This document shows, in pieces, positions 9,297 through 19,873 of a stretch of DNA of 64,000 bases. How positions within the stretch are numbered: the stretch's first letter is position 1; the number at the start of each line of letters is the position of its first letter. Origin of the DNA: Myxococcota bacterium (lineage in GTDB: Bacteria > Myxococcota_A > Polyangia > Nannocystales > Nannocystaceae); the NCBI GenBank assembly GCA_039028615.1, contig JBCCHT010000007.1, forward strand, positions 64,001-128,000, written 5' to 3'. The position numbers and the translations under genes were made by a program. A model generated the notes under the pieces. It was not told the origin of the DNA and made no database searches. It worked only from the letters and a program-made list of their open reading frames with translations.

Positions 9297-11536
9297 TTTC
9301 CTCCGCCGACCGGGAGGAAGATACCCTTGTCGTCCTTCTTGGACGACTCCATGAAAACATCACTCTTGGGTTTGGTTTTCGTCTTGTGGGGCTTGGACGA
9401 ATCAGGCCGCGGATTGGAGCCAGAAGGCGGTCTCCCCGCTCCCGACTTGGGTCGTTTGCCCTTGGTTTTGTGAGTACCCGTTGCAGTTTCGGGTGGCGGC
9501 TCGATCGGATCCTCCCGCTTCACCAACTCGGCCTTGACGGCAGCATTGGCCCCCGCGCTGACGTCGATGGTGCTTTCCCACGGGTAGTGATCCGGGGCCG
9601 AAACCCGCACGCGGTGCTCACCTAGAGGCAACTCGAGTTGCACGGGCGCCTCGCCCCGATCTTCACCGTCGACCTCGACCCGCGCGCCCGCCACGGCTCG
9701 CACTTCGACCGTGCCGATGTTCGCGGGGGTCGGTGTCGGTTGGGCCACGGGCGCGGTCGGGATCTCACCCTCTGCCGTCGGCGTGGCCGGGGCGGTGGCG
9801 GGAGGAGGCGCGTTCGACGCGGCCGATTCCTCCTCGTCGAGGATCAGGAAGGCACTCAGGCCACCGAGCGCGAGCGCCGCGAGGCCGGCGACGGCCACCA
9901 AGATCCCCAGGCGCATGCCGTTGTCGCGACGCTCCTCGGGGTAGGCCGGGGTGATGGTCACCGCATCGGTCGCGCCCGCGGCCACGGGTGCGGTGGGCAA
10001 GGCCGCCAGGGGAGGATCGTCGAGCGCTCCCGTGTCCTTGTTGGCTTCGAGGGTGGTCTCGGTGGAGTCGTCGTCGACGTCGATGGTGAGGACGTCGGAG
10101 ATCTCGGCATCGGCCGCGGCAACCAGGGTCTGCTTGCCCGTGCGCTTGTCCTCGATCTGCTCGAGCCGCTCGACGGCTTCCTTGGCATCGGCCGCGGTGA
10201 CGCGAATGGTGGCCGAGGTCGGCGGGCTGACGAGCCTTGCCGCTTCGGGCTGCTTGCGGGCCGCGGGCACGGGACCGGCGGGAGGCCGCGTCTTGCCGCG
10301 CGGCACCATGGTGGCCCCGGTTCGCGCCGGACCTGGCCGAGGCGGCGGCGGAGGCCGCTTCGAGGGCCCCGTGCTCTCGAGCTTGGGCTTGGGTTTGGGC
10401 CGCGGCATGCCCGAGGGCATCTGCTTGGCCTTGTCTCGCAACGACGCGAGCTCTTCCTCGGCGAGCTTGAGCGGGGCCTCGCCCGTCTTGGCCGCCTTGC
10501 GCAGCAAGGGGCGGGTCCACTCCGCGCTGTCGTTGGTGTCCGATTGCAGCGCGGCGACGTTGGCCGGACCCGAGGTCATGCGCGCCGACCAGTACTTCTC
10601 GGCCGCGGCGCGGGTCTTCTTGTTGGCGTCGGGCAGCTCGAATAGCGGCGCCGGGATGAACTCGAACAGCGCCTCGGCCATCGCGGTGGCGTCGTTCGGC
10701 CGATCGTCGGCGTCCTTGGCCAGGCAGCTCTCGATGAGCTCGATGAGCTCGGCCGGGATGCGATGGGTCTTGGGCAAGCGCTCGGCGAGCGACTTGGGCT
10801 TGCCGTGCACGTGATTGACCAGCACCGCGGCGTCGTGATCGCCCGAGATCGGCGTCTCGCCCGTCAGCATCAGGAAGAACAGGACCCCCAGCGCGTACAC
10901 GTCGACGCGAACATCGAGCTTCTCGCCCTTGATCTGCTCGGGCGACATATAGGCCGCCGTGCCGATCACGTGCGCTTCGGTGATCTCGTCGTCCTCGTCC
11001 TCGTCGATCAGACGGGCGAGGCCGAAGTCCAACATCTTGACGTGGTTGGCCTTGCCCCCGTGCTCGGAGAGCATGATGTTGGGCGGCTTGATGTCGCGCA
11101 GCATGATGCCGCGCTCGTGCACGTAGCCCGCCCCCAGCAGGATCTGCGCCGCGATGGGGATGAACTCCTCGAGCGGCAGGCGCTTGCGCCGGTTGAGATA
11201 GCGCCGCAGCGGCTCGCCGCGGATGAACTCCATCACGATGAACGTGCGGCCCTCGAAGTGGCCGTGGTCGTACATCTTGACCACGTTGACGTGGTCGAGC
11301 TCGGACATGCGCCGCGCCTCGCGATCGAAGCGGGCGACCGCGTCACGGTCTTCGGCCCAGTGCGGGGCCAGCACCTTGACGACGACCTGACGACGCTCCT
11401 TGCGATCGTGAGCGAGGTACACCAAGCCCACCCCGCCGCGGCCGATCAAGCGCTCGATCGCATAGCGGTTGCCGACCGTCCTCCCGAGGAGAGCGTCGTG
11501 GTGGAGCGAATCGGTGGCCGTGCTGGTCGCCATCAT
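9293..11536 (-). CDS. Membrane Ser/Thr kinase with periplasmic PEGA domain
   Basis: [34 protein letters not shown] helix; PEGA ([20 protein letters not shown]). Confidence 0.92.
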
Positions 11537-11927
11537 CTCTTGGCACCGAGACCGCTGCGGGCCTGGGCGCGCGGTGCCGAACGAAGCAAACGAACCCGAG
11601 AGCGAGTTCGGGTTCCGCCGAGCGCATTTTCCAACATTTGCCCACTACCCGTCGCGGGTCCTCGTGGAACGTCGGACCTTGCCTGACAATGTGTAGTGAC
11701 ATCCCACACAAAAGAACTGCGTTCAACGCATTTCTGTGGCGAATCCTGAAAAATCAGGGGGCCGGGAAAAAGCCGCCCAGGAGCCGGACTCGCTTTCTCC
11801 CAAAGGAGGCCGGCGCATAACACGCTGAGGCGATCTCCGGCGTTGCGACCGGTAGAAAATGACCAGGGCGAGCACACTCGGCGGCGTCACCGATCGACGA
11901 TTCGGTGTCATCGCATAGGATGCTCGC

Positions 11928-12734
11928 GTGTCGCCGTCAGACACGGTCGTCGCCCCTCCTCCGACCGCGCCATTGTTCGAGATCCGAGGTCTGCACAAGG
12001 CCTTCGACGACCTCGTGCTCTTCGAAGACACCTCGCTCTCGGTCCATCGCGGGGAGACCTTGTCGATCATCGGCGAGAGCGGCTGCGGCAAGAGCATCTG
12101 GCTCAAGATGATGATCGGGCTCATCGAGCCCGATCAAGGCCAGATCCTCTTCCGCGGCGAGGACGTCGGGCGGATGAACAACGAAGGCCTCGGCAAGCTC
12201 CGGCGCAGCGTGGGCTACCTGTTCCAGGGCGGGGCGCTATTCGACTCGATGACCGTCGTCGACAACGTCGGCTACGCGCTGCGCGAGCACAAGAAGATGC
12301 CCGAGGACGAGATCCGCGAGCGCGTCAGCGTGTGCCTGGAGAAGGTCAACCTCAACCGCCGCATCCTCGACCAGTGGCCGGCGGAGCTGTCGGGCGGCAT
12401 GCGCAAGCGCGTGGCCCTGGCGCGAGCGATCGCGGTGGAGCCGGAGGTCGTGCTCTACGACGAGCCCACCCAGGGCCTCGACCCCCAGAGCATCACCATC
12501 ATCGCCGAGCTCATCAGCGAGCTCCAGGCCGACCTCGACATCACCAGCGTGCTGGTGACCCACGACATGCGCTGTGCCTTCAGCGTCAGCGACCGCATCG
12601 CGATGGTTCACGACCGCCGCATGCCCTACCAAGCGACGCCTCAGGCCCTGGCCGAGAGCACCGACCCCATCGTGCAGGAGTTCATCTCCGAGGCGCTCGA
12701 GGAGCTCGCCAACGACATGCACGCCGAGCCCTGA
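11928..12734 (+). CDS. mlaF: ABC transporter ATP-binding protein, MlaF/Ttg2A family
   Basis: GESGCGKS, YLFQGGALFDSMTV, LSGGMRKRVALARA, LYDEPTQGLDP, VTHDM. Confidence 0.85.
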   Translation: MSPSDTVVAPPPTAPLFEIRGLHKAFDDLVLFEDTSLSVHRGETLSIIGESGCGKSIWLKMMIGLIEPDQGQILFRGEDVGRMNNEGLGKLRRSVGYLFQGGALFDSMTVVDNVGYALREHKKMPEDEIRERVSVCLEKVNLNRRILDQWPAELSGGMRKRVALARAIAVEPEVVLYDEPTQGLDPQSITIIAELISELQADLDITSVLVTHDMRCAFSVSDRIAMVHDRRMPYQATPQALAESTDPIVQEFISEALEELANDMHAEP

Positions 12735-12743
12735 GCGGGCGCT

Positions 12744-13847
12744 TCAGCGGCAGCCTTCGTCGCGCGGAGGGCACTTGAAGCGCACGTGCAGGTGGTCGTC
12801 GTGCTTGGGCACGTGCTGCACGAAGCGGTTTTTCGCCCAGCGCCCGTCGGGGTACTGGAAGATGCCGGCCAGCGCCTTGCGAGAGACGCCCGACTTGCGC
12901 GCGGCCTTGTACAGCGTCCCTTGGACTTCGTAGTCCAAGAAGATCTTGGCGGGGCCGCTGCTGGTCTTGGACGCGCGGTGGAACGCCTGGACCAGGGCCC
13001 ATGTCGCCGCCGCATCGAGCTTGCCCTTGCTCGCCTTGACGAACTCCTCCGGGTACCCGTCGGGCACGCCGCGAAAGTACAGGCCCAGGTCGATGTCCCG
13101 GCCGCTCTGGTGAGAGCCGTGCCCGGGCAAGGGCCCACCGCCCCGCGCCGAGATGTCGCCGATCGCCAGCCGATGCACCTTCGGATGCTTGCGATGTACC
13201 GCGTCGATGGCCCGCCGCGTGTGGTCCACGACGTGCTGCGCCCCCCAGACCCAGTCGGGGCGACGCCGAAAATAGAGCGGACTGTGCGGGAGCTGGGCGC
13301 CGCCGACGAGCGTGCCCTTTTGCGGGCGCCCGCGGCTCTGTCCGGGGATCACCCGAATGGAACGCCGCGGCGTGCCGCTATCGATGAGCAGGGTCTGCCC
13401 CACCATGATCACGTCGCCGTCGAGCCCGTTGCTGTCGCGAATCTGTGAAACGGTGGTGCCGTAGCGCACCGCGATCCCGGACAGCGTATCGCCGGCCTCG
13501 ACCCGATGGCTGCGTACTCGGGGGCCCTCGGCCTTGCCCGTGCAGTACGGAATCTTCAGTTTGGTGCCCACTTGAAGCGGGCCGGAGCCGAGCTCGTTGA
13601 CCCGTCGTAGGTCGCCCACGCGACATCCGTTGTCGTGCGCGACCTGCCACAGCGAGTCCCCCGCGACCACCGTGTGGCGGGCGCGGATCGTCTCCTTCGC
13701 TCGGGCGACTTCGGGCTGGGCGATGAGCAGGCCCAGGGCCAACCCCATGCCCCAGCGCAGGGGCCGTGCCCAGCGTCGGGCGGAATCCGTCGATGACGCG
13801 CAGATCACCACGGTCCGAGTCTCGGCACGAGCGGCGAATCGAGGCAA
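12744..13847 (-). CDS. 2x LysM + penicillin-insensitive murein endopeptidase (MepA-like); start uncertain
   Basis: LysM motifs HTVVAGDSLW and HRVEAGDTLSGIA; IGDIS..GG....H.SHQSGRDID and HDDHLHVR. Confidence 0.88.
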   Translation of the reverse strand: MPRFAARAETRTVVICASSTDSARRWARPLRWGMGLALGLLIAQPEVARAKETIRARHTVVAGDSLWQVAHDNGCRVGDLRRVNELGSGPLQVGTKLKIPYCTGKAEGPRVRSHRVEAGDTLSGIAVRYGTTVSQIRDSNGLDGDVIMVGQTLLIDSGTPRRSIRVIPGQSRGRPQKGTLVGGAQLPHSPLYFRRRPDWVWGAQHVVDHTRRAIDAVHRKHPKVHRLAIGDISARGGGPLPGHGSHQSGRDIDLGLYFRGVPDGYPEEFVKASKGKLDAAATWALVQAFHRASKTSSGPAKIFLDYEVQGTLYKAARKSGVSRKALAGIFQYPDGRWAKNRFVQHVPKHDDHLHVRFKCPPRDEGCR

Positions 13848-13908
13848 GAAAGTGGCGATCTCGGCGACGTCCCCCGGTCACTGGGGCTAGTCTCTCGGTC
13901 CTGCTGCG

Positions 13909-16900
13909 ATGGCCGACTCGGAAGATGCCAGCGAGCCCGGGGTGAGCACGCCCTCCGCCGACCGCCCCTTCGATGTCGCGCTCGGCACGGACACGCTCGG
14001 CCAGGGCGTGCTCAACAACGACATCTTGCAGCGAGTCTTGGGCGAGCCCGACCCCGAGACCCAGGTCCGGCTGGGCCGCTACACCATCAAAAAGCGCCTC
14101 GGCGCGGGCGGCATGGGCGTGGTGTACCTCGCTCGAGATCCCGAGCTCGATCGCGAAGTCGCTCTCAAGGTCCTCAACCCCGAGCTGCGCTACACCGAGG
14201 ATCGCGACGAGGTCGAGGACCGCATTCGTCAAGAAGCGCGGGCCATGGCGCGGCTGAGCCACCCGCACGTGGTGCACGTGCACGACGTGGGCACCCACGA
14301 AGGCTCGCTCTACGTCGCGATGGAGTTCCTCGATGGCGGCACGCTCAACCAGTGGTGGTCCGAGCACGACCGTCGATGGCAAGAGATCGTCGAGGTCTTC
14401 ACCGCCGCCGCCCGGGGGCTGCATGCCGCTCACGAGGCGGGCATCGTGCACCGCGACTTCAAGCCCGAGAACGTGCTCATGACCCGCGAGGGCGTCCCGA
14501 AGGTCACCGACTTCGGCCTCGCCCGGGTCTCGGATCAAATGCGGGCCAGGGTCGGCCAGTCCATCAGCCCGGTGGGCGGCGCGGCGTCGCTCGGCGAAGG
14601 GGTCACGCTGACCTCGGTCAGCGGCACCCCGGCCTATATGGCCCCCGAGCGCATTCGCGGCCGACCGGGCGATGCCCGCTCCGACCAGTTTTGCTTCTGC
14701 GTGTCGATGTACGAGGGCTTGCTCGGCCGCCGCCCCTACCAAGCCAACTCGATGATGGGCCTGCTGACCCGCATCATCTTCGACCAACGCGAGCCGCCCC
14801 CGGACAACTCGCTGCCGCGAAGCCTGTGGGCGATCATCGAGCGCGGACTCAGCAACGATCCAAAAGACCGTTTTCCCTCGATGGCCGCCCTCGAGGCCGA
14901 GCTCCAGCGATGCCTGCAGCCGGCCTGGAAACGCCACGGGGTGCCGCTGTTTCTCGGCGTGGTGGCCCTGAGCGCGGTCGCGGGCGCGACCTTCAGCCAG
15001 CAGCTCGACGAGGTCGACTGCGAGGACGAGGCCAGCCGCATCGAACGAACGTGGAGCCCGGAAGCCCGCACGACCACCCGCGAAGCCCTGCTCGGCACCG
15101 AGGCCGCCTACGCGCAGTCGACCTGGGAACGCATCGAGACCGAGCTGGACGACTGGACCGGGCGGTGGCGCACGCAATCGCAGGCCGCCTGTGAGGCCCG
15201 AGCCACCGATACGCACGCGGGGCGGCGCGCCGAGTGCCTGGCCGGAGCCGAGCGACAGCTCATCGCCTTGGTCGAAGTGCTGGGGACCGCCGACGCCGAG
15301 ATGGCCGAGCAGGCGAGCCGAGCGACCGCCGACCTGGCCGACCCGGACCGCTGCGCCGACGATGACTGGATCATGACGGGGGTCACCCCGCCGCCGCCGC
15401 TCGGGGTCCGCGATGCCGTCGAGGCGGCGCGGACGAAGCAGGCCAAGGCCGTCGCCCTGATCACCGCCGGTCGCTACGAAGACGCGCGCGCGCTCGTCGA
15501 GCAGGTCATCGCCGCCGCCGAGGAGACGAAGTACACGCCGCTGCTCGCCCGCGGCACGCTCTCCCTCGCCGACCTCGATGCCAACCAGGGCCAGTTCGAA
15601 TCCGCCAAGGATCGCTATATCCAGGCCTACAACCTGGGCAACGAGGCGGACATGCCGTTCATAGCGGCCAAGGCCTCGTTGGAGCTGATCACCACGCTGG
15701 GCGTGCTGCTGTCGCGGCTCGACGAGGGCTATACCTGGGCGCAGCTATGTGAGGGCCACCTGCGGCGGCTGGGTGACAACGCCCCTCTGCTCGAGGCGAT
15801 ACGCCTGCGCTCCTTGTCGCAGCTCGACTATCGCAGCGGCAAGCTCGATCGCTCCCTGCAGCGAGCCAAAGATGCGTATGCCCTCATCGATGCCAACCTC
15901 GCCGCCGATGATCCGAGGCGCCCGGGCTACTTGGAGGCGGTCGGCCTCGCCGAGTACAAGGTCGGCCACGCCGACGAGGCGATGAAGGTCCTCGACGAAG
16001 GCATCGCGCTCGCCGAGCGGATCCACGGCCCCATTCACCCCGACATCTCCCTGCTGCTCAACGACCGCGCCCAGATCTTGACCATGACGGGGCGGCCCGC
16101 CGAAGCCCTCGAGGCGATCGATCGCATCCAGGAGATCGACCGCGCCACCTTGCCCCCCGACCACCCCATGATCTCGACCATCATGGGCAACAAGGCCGTC
16201 GTGCTCCGCACCATGGGCCGCGTCGCCGAGGCCCGCGACATCTTGAGCGAGTCCCTCGAGATCGAGATTCGTCGGCTGGGCCCCGAACACCGCCAGGTCG
16301 GACACACTCACATGAACCTCGGCACGGTGGAGCACCTGCTGGGCAACCTCGACCGCAGCCTCGAGCTGCTCGACAACGCGGAGGACATCTACGCCAAGTC
16401 GGGGACCGCCGACCTGGCCATCGTCCGGGTCCGAGCCTCGCGAGCCCAGGTCCTGCTCGACGCCGGCCGCACGCAAGAGGCACTCGAGGGCGTGCAAGAT
16501 GCCCTGAAGATCGACGCGTCGATCGGCGGCTCCGACCGCGGCCACACCTCCCATATTCGGCTCACCCTCGTCCAGATCCTGACCGCGATGGGCAAGCTCG
16601 ACGAAGCCCTCGAGAAGGCCGAGCTGAGCATCGCCGAGGGCACCGAGCGCGACGGCGAAGAGGCGAGCGTCGTGCGCAAGGGTCGAGTGTTGCGCGCCGA
16701 CCTGCTCGAGCGCCTCGACGACCCGGCGGCCTTCGAGCAGCTCGACGCCCTGTTTGCCGAGCGATCGAAACTCGACGATCCGGGGCCTCACTACCCGACG
16801 CTGCGCTTCGCCCTGGCCCGCGCCCGCTGGAAGCGAGGCGAGCACGCGCCTGCCCTCGCCCTGGCGAAGGAGGTCCGCGACACGATCGGCAACGGAGGCA

Positions 16901-16956
16901 AGGACGCCTGGATCGCGGCCGAGATCGACCAGTGGCTCGCCACCCGGCCGAAGTAG
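13909..16956 (+). CDS. Ser/Thr kinase-TM-TPR protein
   Basis: GAGGMGVV, VALK, HRDFKPEN, DFG, GTPAYMAPE; kinesin-light-chain-type TPRs (GP.HP). Confidence 0.94.
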   Translation: MADSEDASEPGVSTPSADRPFDVALGTDTLGQGVLNNDILQRVLGEPDPETQVRLGRYTIKKRLGAGGMGVVYLARDPELDREVALKVLNPELRYTEDRDEVEDRIRQEARAMARLSHPHVVHVHDVGTHEGSLYVAMEFLDGGTLNQWWSEHDRRWQEIVEVFTAAARGLHAAHEAGIVHRDFKPENVLMTREGVPKVTDFGLARVSDQMRARVGQSISPVGGAASLGEGVTLTSVSGTPAYMAPERIRGRPGDARSDQFCFCVSMYEGLLGRRPYQANSMMGLLTRIIFDQREPPPDNSLPRSLWAIIERGLSNDPKDRFPSMAALEAELQRCLQPAWKRHGVPLFLGVVALSAVAGATFSQQLDEVDCEDEASRIERTWSPEARTTTREALLGTEAAYAQSTWERIETELDDWTGRWRTQSQAACEARATDTHAGRRAECLAGAERQLIALVEVLGTADAEMAEQASRATADLADPDRCADDDWIMTGVTPPPPLGVRDAVEAARTKQAKAVALITAGRYEDARALVEQVIAAAEETKYTPLLARGTLSLADLDANQGQFESAKDRYIQAYNLGNEADMPFIAAKASLELITTLGVLLSRLDEGYTWAQLCEGHLRRLGDNAPLLEAIRLRSLSQLDYRSGKLDRSLQRAKDAYALIDANLAADDPRRPGYLEAVGLAEYKVGHADEAMKVLDEGIALAERIHGPIHPDISLLLNDRAQILTMTGRPAEALEAIDRIQEIDRATLPPDHPMISTIMGNKAVVLRTMGRVAEARDILSESLEIEIRRLGPEHRQVGHTHMNLGTVEHLLGNLDRSLELLDNAEDIYAKSGTADLAIVRVRASRAQVLLDAGRTQEALEGVQDALKIDASIGGSDRGHTSHIRLTLVQILTAMGKLDEALEKAELSIAEGTERDGEEASVVRKGRVLRADLLERLDDPAAFEQLDALFAERSKLDDPGPHYPTLRFALARARWKRGEHAPALALAKEVRDTIGNGGKDAWIAAEIDQWLATRPK

Positions 16957-16959
16957 GCG

Positions 16960-17370
16960 TCAGCCCTTGCCGAGGCGGCTCTGCAGCGCGAAGCGCCCCG
17001 GCCCGGTGAGCAGTAGCCCGAGGAACACGACGCCCGCTTCGATGGCGTGGCTGGCCCCCATGATCCCGTCGCCCTTGCCCAGGTGCATGGTCGCGGCGAC
17101 GGCCATGGTGGCGATCAGCATGGTGCAGGCGGGTCGGAACAGCAGCCCGAGCGCCAGGAGCACGCCGCCGGCCAGCTCGGAGGTGGCGGCCGCGAAGCCC
17201 CACATCGTAGGCGCGAAGTCGATGCCCAGGTGCCGCATGGCGTGACCGAGCTTGGTCCACGCCTTGGCGCCACCCGCCATCTTGGGCCAGCCGTGCAGCA
17301 CGAACATGGTGCCCATGCCGAGGCGAATGACGAGCAGGCCGTGGTCACGCCACTTGTCGAGGCCGGACAT
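16960..17370 (-). CDS. DoxX family membrane protein
   Basis: LLVIRLGMG.MF..HGWPK, E..GG.LL.LGL..R, GPGRFAL. Confidence 0.9.
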   Translation of the reverse strand: MSGLDKWRDHGLLVIRLGMGTMFVLHGWPKMAGGAKAWTKLGHAMRHLGIDFAPTMWGFAAATSELAGGVLLALGLLFRPACTMLIATMAVAATMHLGKGDGIMGASHAIEAGVVFLGLLLTGPGRFALQSRLGKG

Positions 17371-17398
17371 GGCCGCGACCATGAAACACATCGCGAAG

Positions 17399-17438
17399 CC
17401 CCGCAAGCCCCAGCGGAGAGACGCCGGGGCTTGCGGGG
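17399..17438. terminator. 13-bp perfect inverted repeat downstream of the Hpt gene
   Basis: CCCCGCAAGCCCC ... GGGGCTTGCGGGG. Confidence 0.6.
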
Positions 17439-17462
17439 TTCACGACCGTCGGGATGCAGCCC

Positions 17463-17789
17463 TTACTTGCCCCCAAGTCGGGCCCGCGATAGCGCGCCCA
17501 GGGCTGCTTCCCATTCGTCCTGTCCCCCCGCGATGCGTCGGAGCGAGCGCTCCAACCCCGCGGCGGCTTCACCCTGCTCTACGAAACCATACGAGCCTGC
17601 GGTGCCGGCGAGTCGGTGCGCGGCATTGATGGCCTCGGCCAGTGCCCCCGGCGAACGCTCGCAGTGCGCTCGCTTGACCAAGGTCTCGAGCTCGTCGAGC
17701 CGCCCGCCGAGTCGCTCTCCAAAACGACCCCGCAGCTCACTGAGCTTGGTCCGTGCTCGGCTCCGATCCTGAATCTCTGACGTCATCAA
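17463..17789 (-). CDS. Stand-alone Hpt phosphotransfer protein
   Basis: AAHRLAGTAGSYGF. Confidence 0.88.
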   Translation of the reverse strand: MMTSEIQDRSRARTKLSELRGRFGERLGGRLDELETLVKRAHCERSPGALAEAINAAHRLAGTAGSYGFVEQGEAAAGLERSLRRIAGGQDEWEAALGALSRARLGGK

Positions 17790-17794
17790 CGCTC

Positions 17795-18190
17795 CTACCC
17801 CTTCCCCTGTCCTGCTCGTTCGAAGATGGCCGTCAGCTCGGCCGGCAACCCCATGGGATCGAAGGGCTTGCAGATCACTCCGATGGCGCCCATCTCGAGG
17901 TACCGCTGGACCTCGTGCCGCTGCACCTTGGCGGTGACGAACACGACCGGCAGCGCGGCGGTGGCCGGCTGCTCGTTGAGGCGTCGGAACGTCTCCAGCC
18001 CGTCCATCTGGGGCATCATCACGTCGAGCATGATCACGTCGGGCTGCTCTTGGGCCGCGAGCTCGAGCGCCTCGGCCCCACTGCTGGCCAGCACGACGCC
18101 AAAACCCCCGACCTCCTGCAGCGCCATCTCTCCGATGACTCGGATGTCTTCGTCGTCATCGACGAGCAGCACCTTGCGTATCTCGCTCAT
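17795..18190 (-). CDS. Single-domain response regulator
   Basis: VLLVDDD, LDVMMPQMDG, VTAK, KPF. Confidence 0.93.
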   Translation of the reverse strand: MSEIRKVLLVDDDEDIRVIGEMALQEVGGFGVVLASSGAEALELAAQEQPDVIMLDVMMPQMDGLETFRRLNEQPATAALPVVFVTAKVQRHEVQRYLEMGAIGVICKPFDPMGLPAELTAIFERAGQGKG

Positions 18191-18348
18191 GCGCCCCCGG
18201 TCTCCCGCCTCACCTTCGGTGCACCAACCGGGCCAACCTCGTCACCCCTGACGCCTCCACCACATGGCCGGAGCCTCCCCCGCTGGTGGTCCGCGTCAGG
18301 GTGCGCCATCGGGGAACTATGCCCCACTCTTGCGCGTATTGCGACGGG

Positions 18349-19719
18349 TCACTCCCGCTTGTAGCGCTCGAGCTTGCGGTACAGCGTCTTGCGGTCGAGG
18401 CCCAAGATCTTCGAGGCCATGGTCTTGTTGCCCGCGACCGTCTCCACGACGCGCAGGATGTAGCGGCGCTCGACCTCTTCCATGGGGACCAATTCGGTCG
18501 GGTCGTCGGCCGCCACGACCACATGGGAACGCCGATACTTCACGACCCGATCGGGCAGGTCGTCGACCTCGATGTCCGCGTAGCGGGTGAGCGCCACGGC
18601 TCGCTCCATGCAGTTTCGCAGCTCGCGAACGTTGCCCGGCCACTCGTAGTCGGACAGACGCTGCGCCGCCGACGGCGAAATCCCGCGCACTTGCTTGCCC
18701 GCCTGGAGGGCATACCGACCCAGAAAATGCTGGGCCAACGACAGGACGTCGGTCCCGCGCGAGCGCAACGGGGGAAGGTTGAGGTGGATGACGTTGATCC
18801 GAAAGTACAGATCTTCGCGGAAACGCTGCTCTTCGACGGCCGCTTCGAGGTCGCGGTTGGTCGCGGCCACGACTCGCACATCGAAGTCGATCTCGTTGTT
18901 CGAGCCCACCGGGCGAACCCTTCGCTCCTCGAGCGCACGCAGCAGCTTCGGCTGCATCGCCAGGGGAATCTCGCCCACCTCGTCGAGGAACAACGTGCCG
19001 CCGTTGGCCTGCGCAAACAGGCCTACACGGTCGCTGCGGGCATCGGTGAAGGAGCCCTTGGCATGCCCAAAAAGCTCGCTCTCGAGCAGGTTTTCGGGCA
19101 CGGCGGAGCAGTTGACGGCCACGAAGGGTCCATCCCGCCGCGGGCCTCGATCGTGCACCGCCCGGGCGACCAGTTCCTTGCCGGTCCCGCTCTCGCCGGT
19201 CACCAGGACCGACGCGTCGGAGTCGGAGACCCGCTCCAGCAGGTCGTAGACCTTCTGCATGGCGGGGCTGCTGCCCAGCAAGCCGCCGTAGGATTCCTTG
19301 ACCTCCACCACCGCTCGCAGGCGTCGAGCCTCGTCGCGGATTCGGCACTCCCGAACGATGCGACTGATGCGAAGCCCCACCGCGTCCACGTCGAGTGGTT
19401 TGGTGATGTAGTCATATGCCCCAGCCCGGATCGCAGCGATGGCCGACTTCATGCTCCCGAAGGCGGTCATCACCATGACCACCTGATCGGGGCGGTCATC
19501 GATGACCCGGGAGCAGAACTCGATGCCGCTCATCCCCGGGAGGTTGATGTCAGCCAGGATCACGTCGAAACGTTCGTCCGAAAGCGCGGCCAGCCCTTTC
19601 TCGGCGGATGCGCACCCTCGGGTCTCATAGCCTTGGGCAATGAGCCCGGCCACGAGCAGCTCCAGGAGATCCTCATCGTCGTCAACGACCAGTATTCGTC
19701 CCAGTAATCGTTCAGCCAT
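18349..19719 (-). CDS. NtrC-type sigma54-dependent response regulator (REC-AAA+-HTH)
   Basis: REC domain, GESGTGKE, ESELFGH.KGSFTDA, LFLDEVGE, WPGNVREL, Fis HTH (LGLDRKTLYRK). Confidence 0.95.
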   Translation of the reverse strand: MAERLLGRILVVDDDEDLLELLVAGLIAQGYETRGCASAEKGLAALSDERFDVILADINLPGMSGIEFCSRVIDDRPDQVVMVMTAFGSMKSAIAAIRAGAYDYITKPLDVDAVGLRISRIVRECRIRDEARRLRAVVEVKESYGGLLGSSPAMQKVYDLLERVSDSDASVLVTGESGTGKELVARAVHDRGPRRDGPFVAVNCSAVPENLLESELFGHAKGSFTDARSDRVGLFAQANGGTLFLDEVGEIPLAMQPKLLRALEERRVRPVGSNNEIDFDVRVVAATNRDLEAAVEEQRFREDLYFRINVIHLNLPPLRSRGTDVLSLAQHFLGRYALQAGKQVRGISPSAAQRLSDYEWPGNVRELRNCMERAVALTRYADIEVDDLPDRVVKYRRSHVVVAADDPTELVPMEEVERRYILRVVETVAGNKTMASKILGLDRKTLYRKLERYKRE

Positions 19720-19873
19720 TTGATGTGCTCGCCTCTCGAGGTCTCTCGCGTTATACCAACGAACGCCGAGACGGACTCCGAAGTGCTGGTGTTCAAAGTC
19801 CAAAGGGGGCTGTAGCCTTGTGCCCCGGCGCCCCTAGACACCCCGCACCGTCCTCCTGCCGTAGCCGACGACC

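Noticed and set aside
11541..11556. sigma54-like TGGCACCGAGACCGCT
   Set aside because: It lacks TT before the GC, lies in a hairpin arm next to the opposite-strand start codon, and mlaF has its own -10 box.
19045..19065. GSFTDA instead of GAFTGA in the bEBP
   Set aside because: The key F-T residues are retained and such variants are common; not evidence of sigma54 independence.
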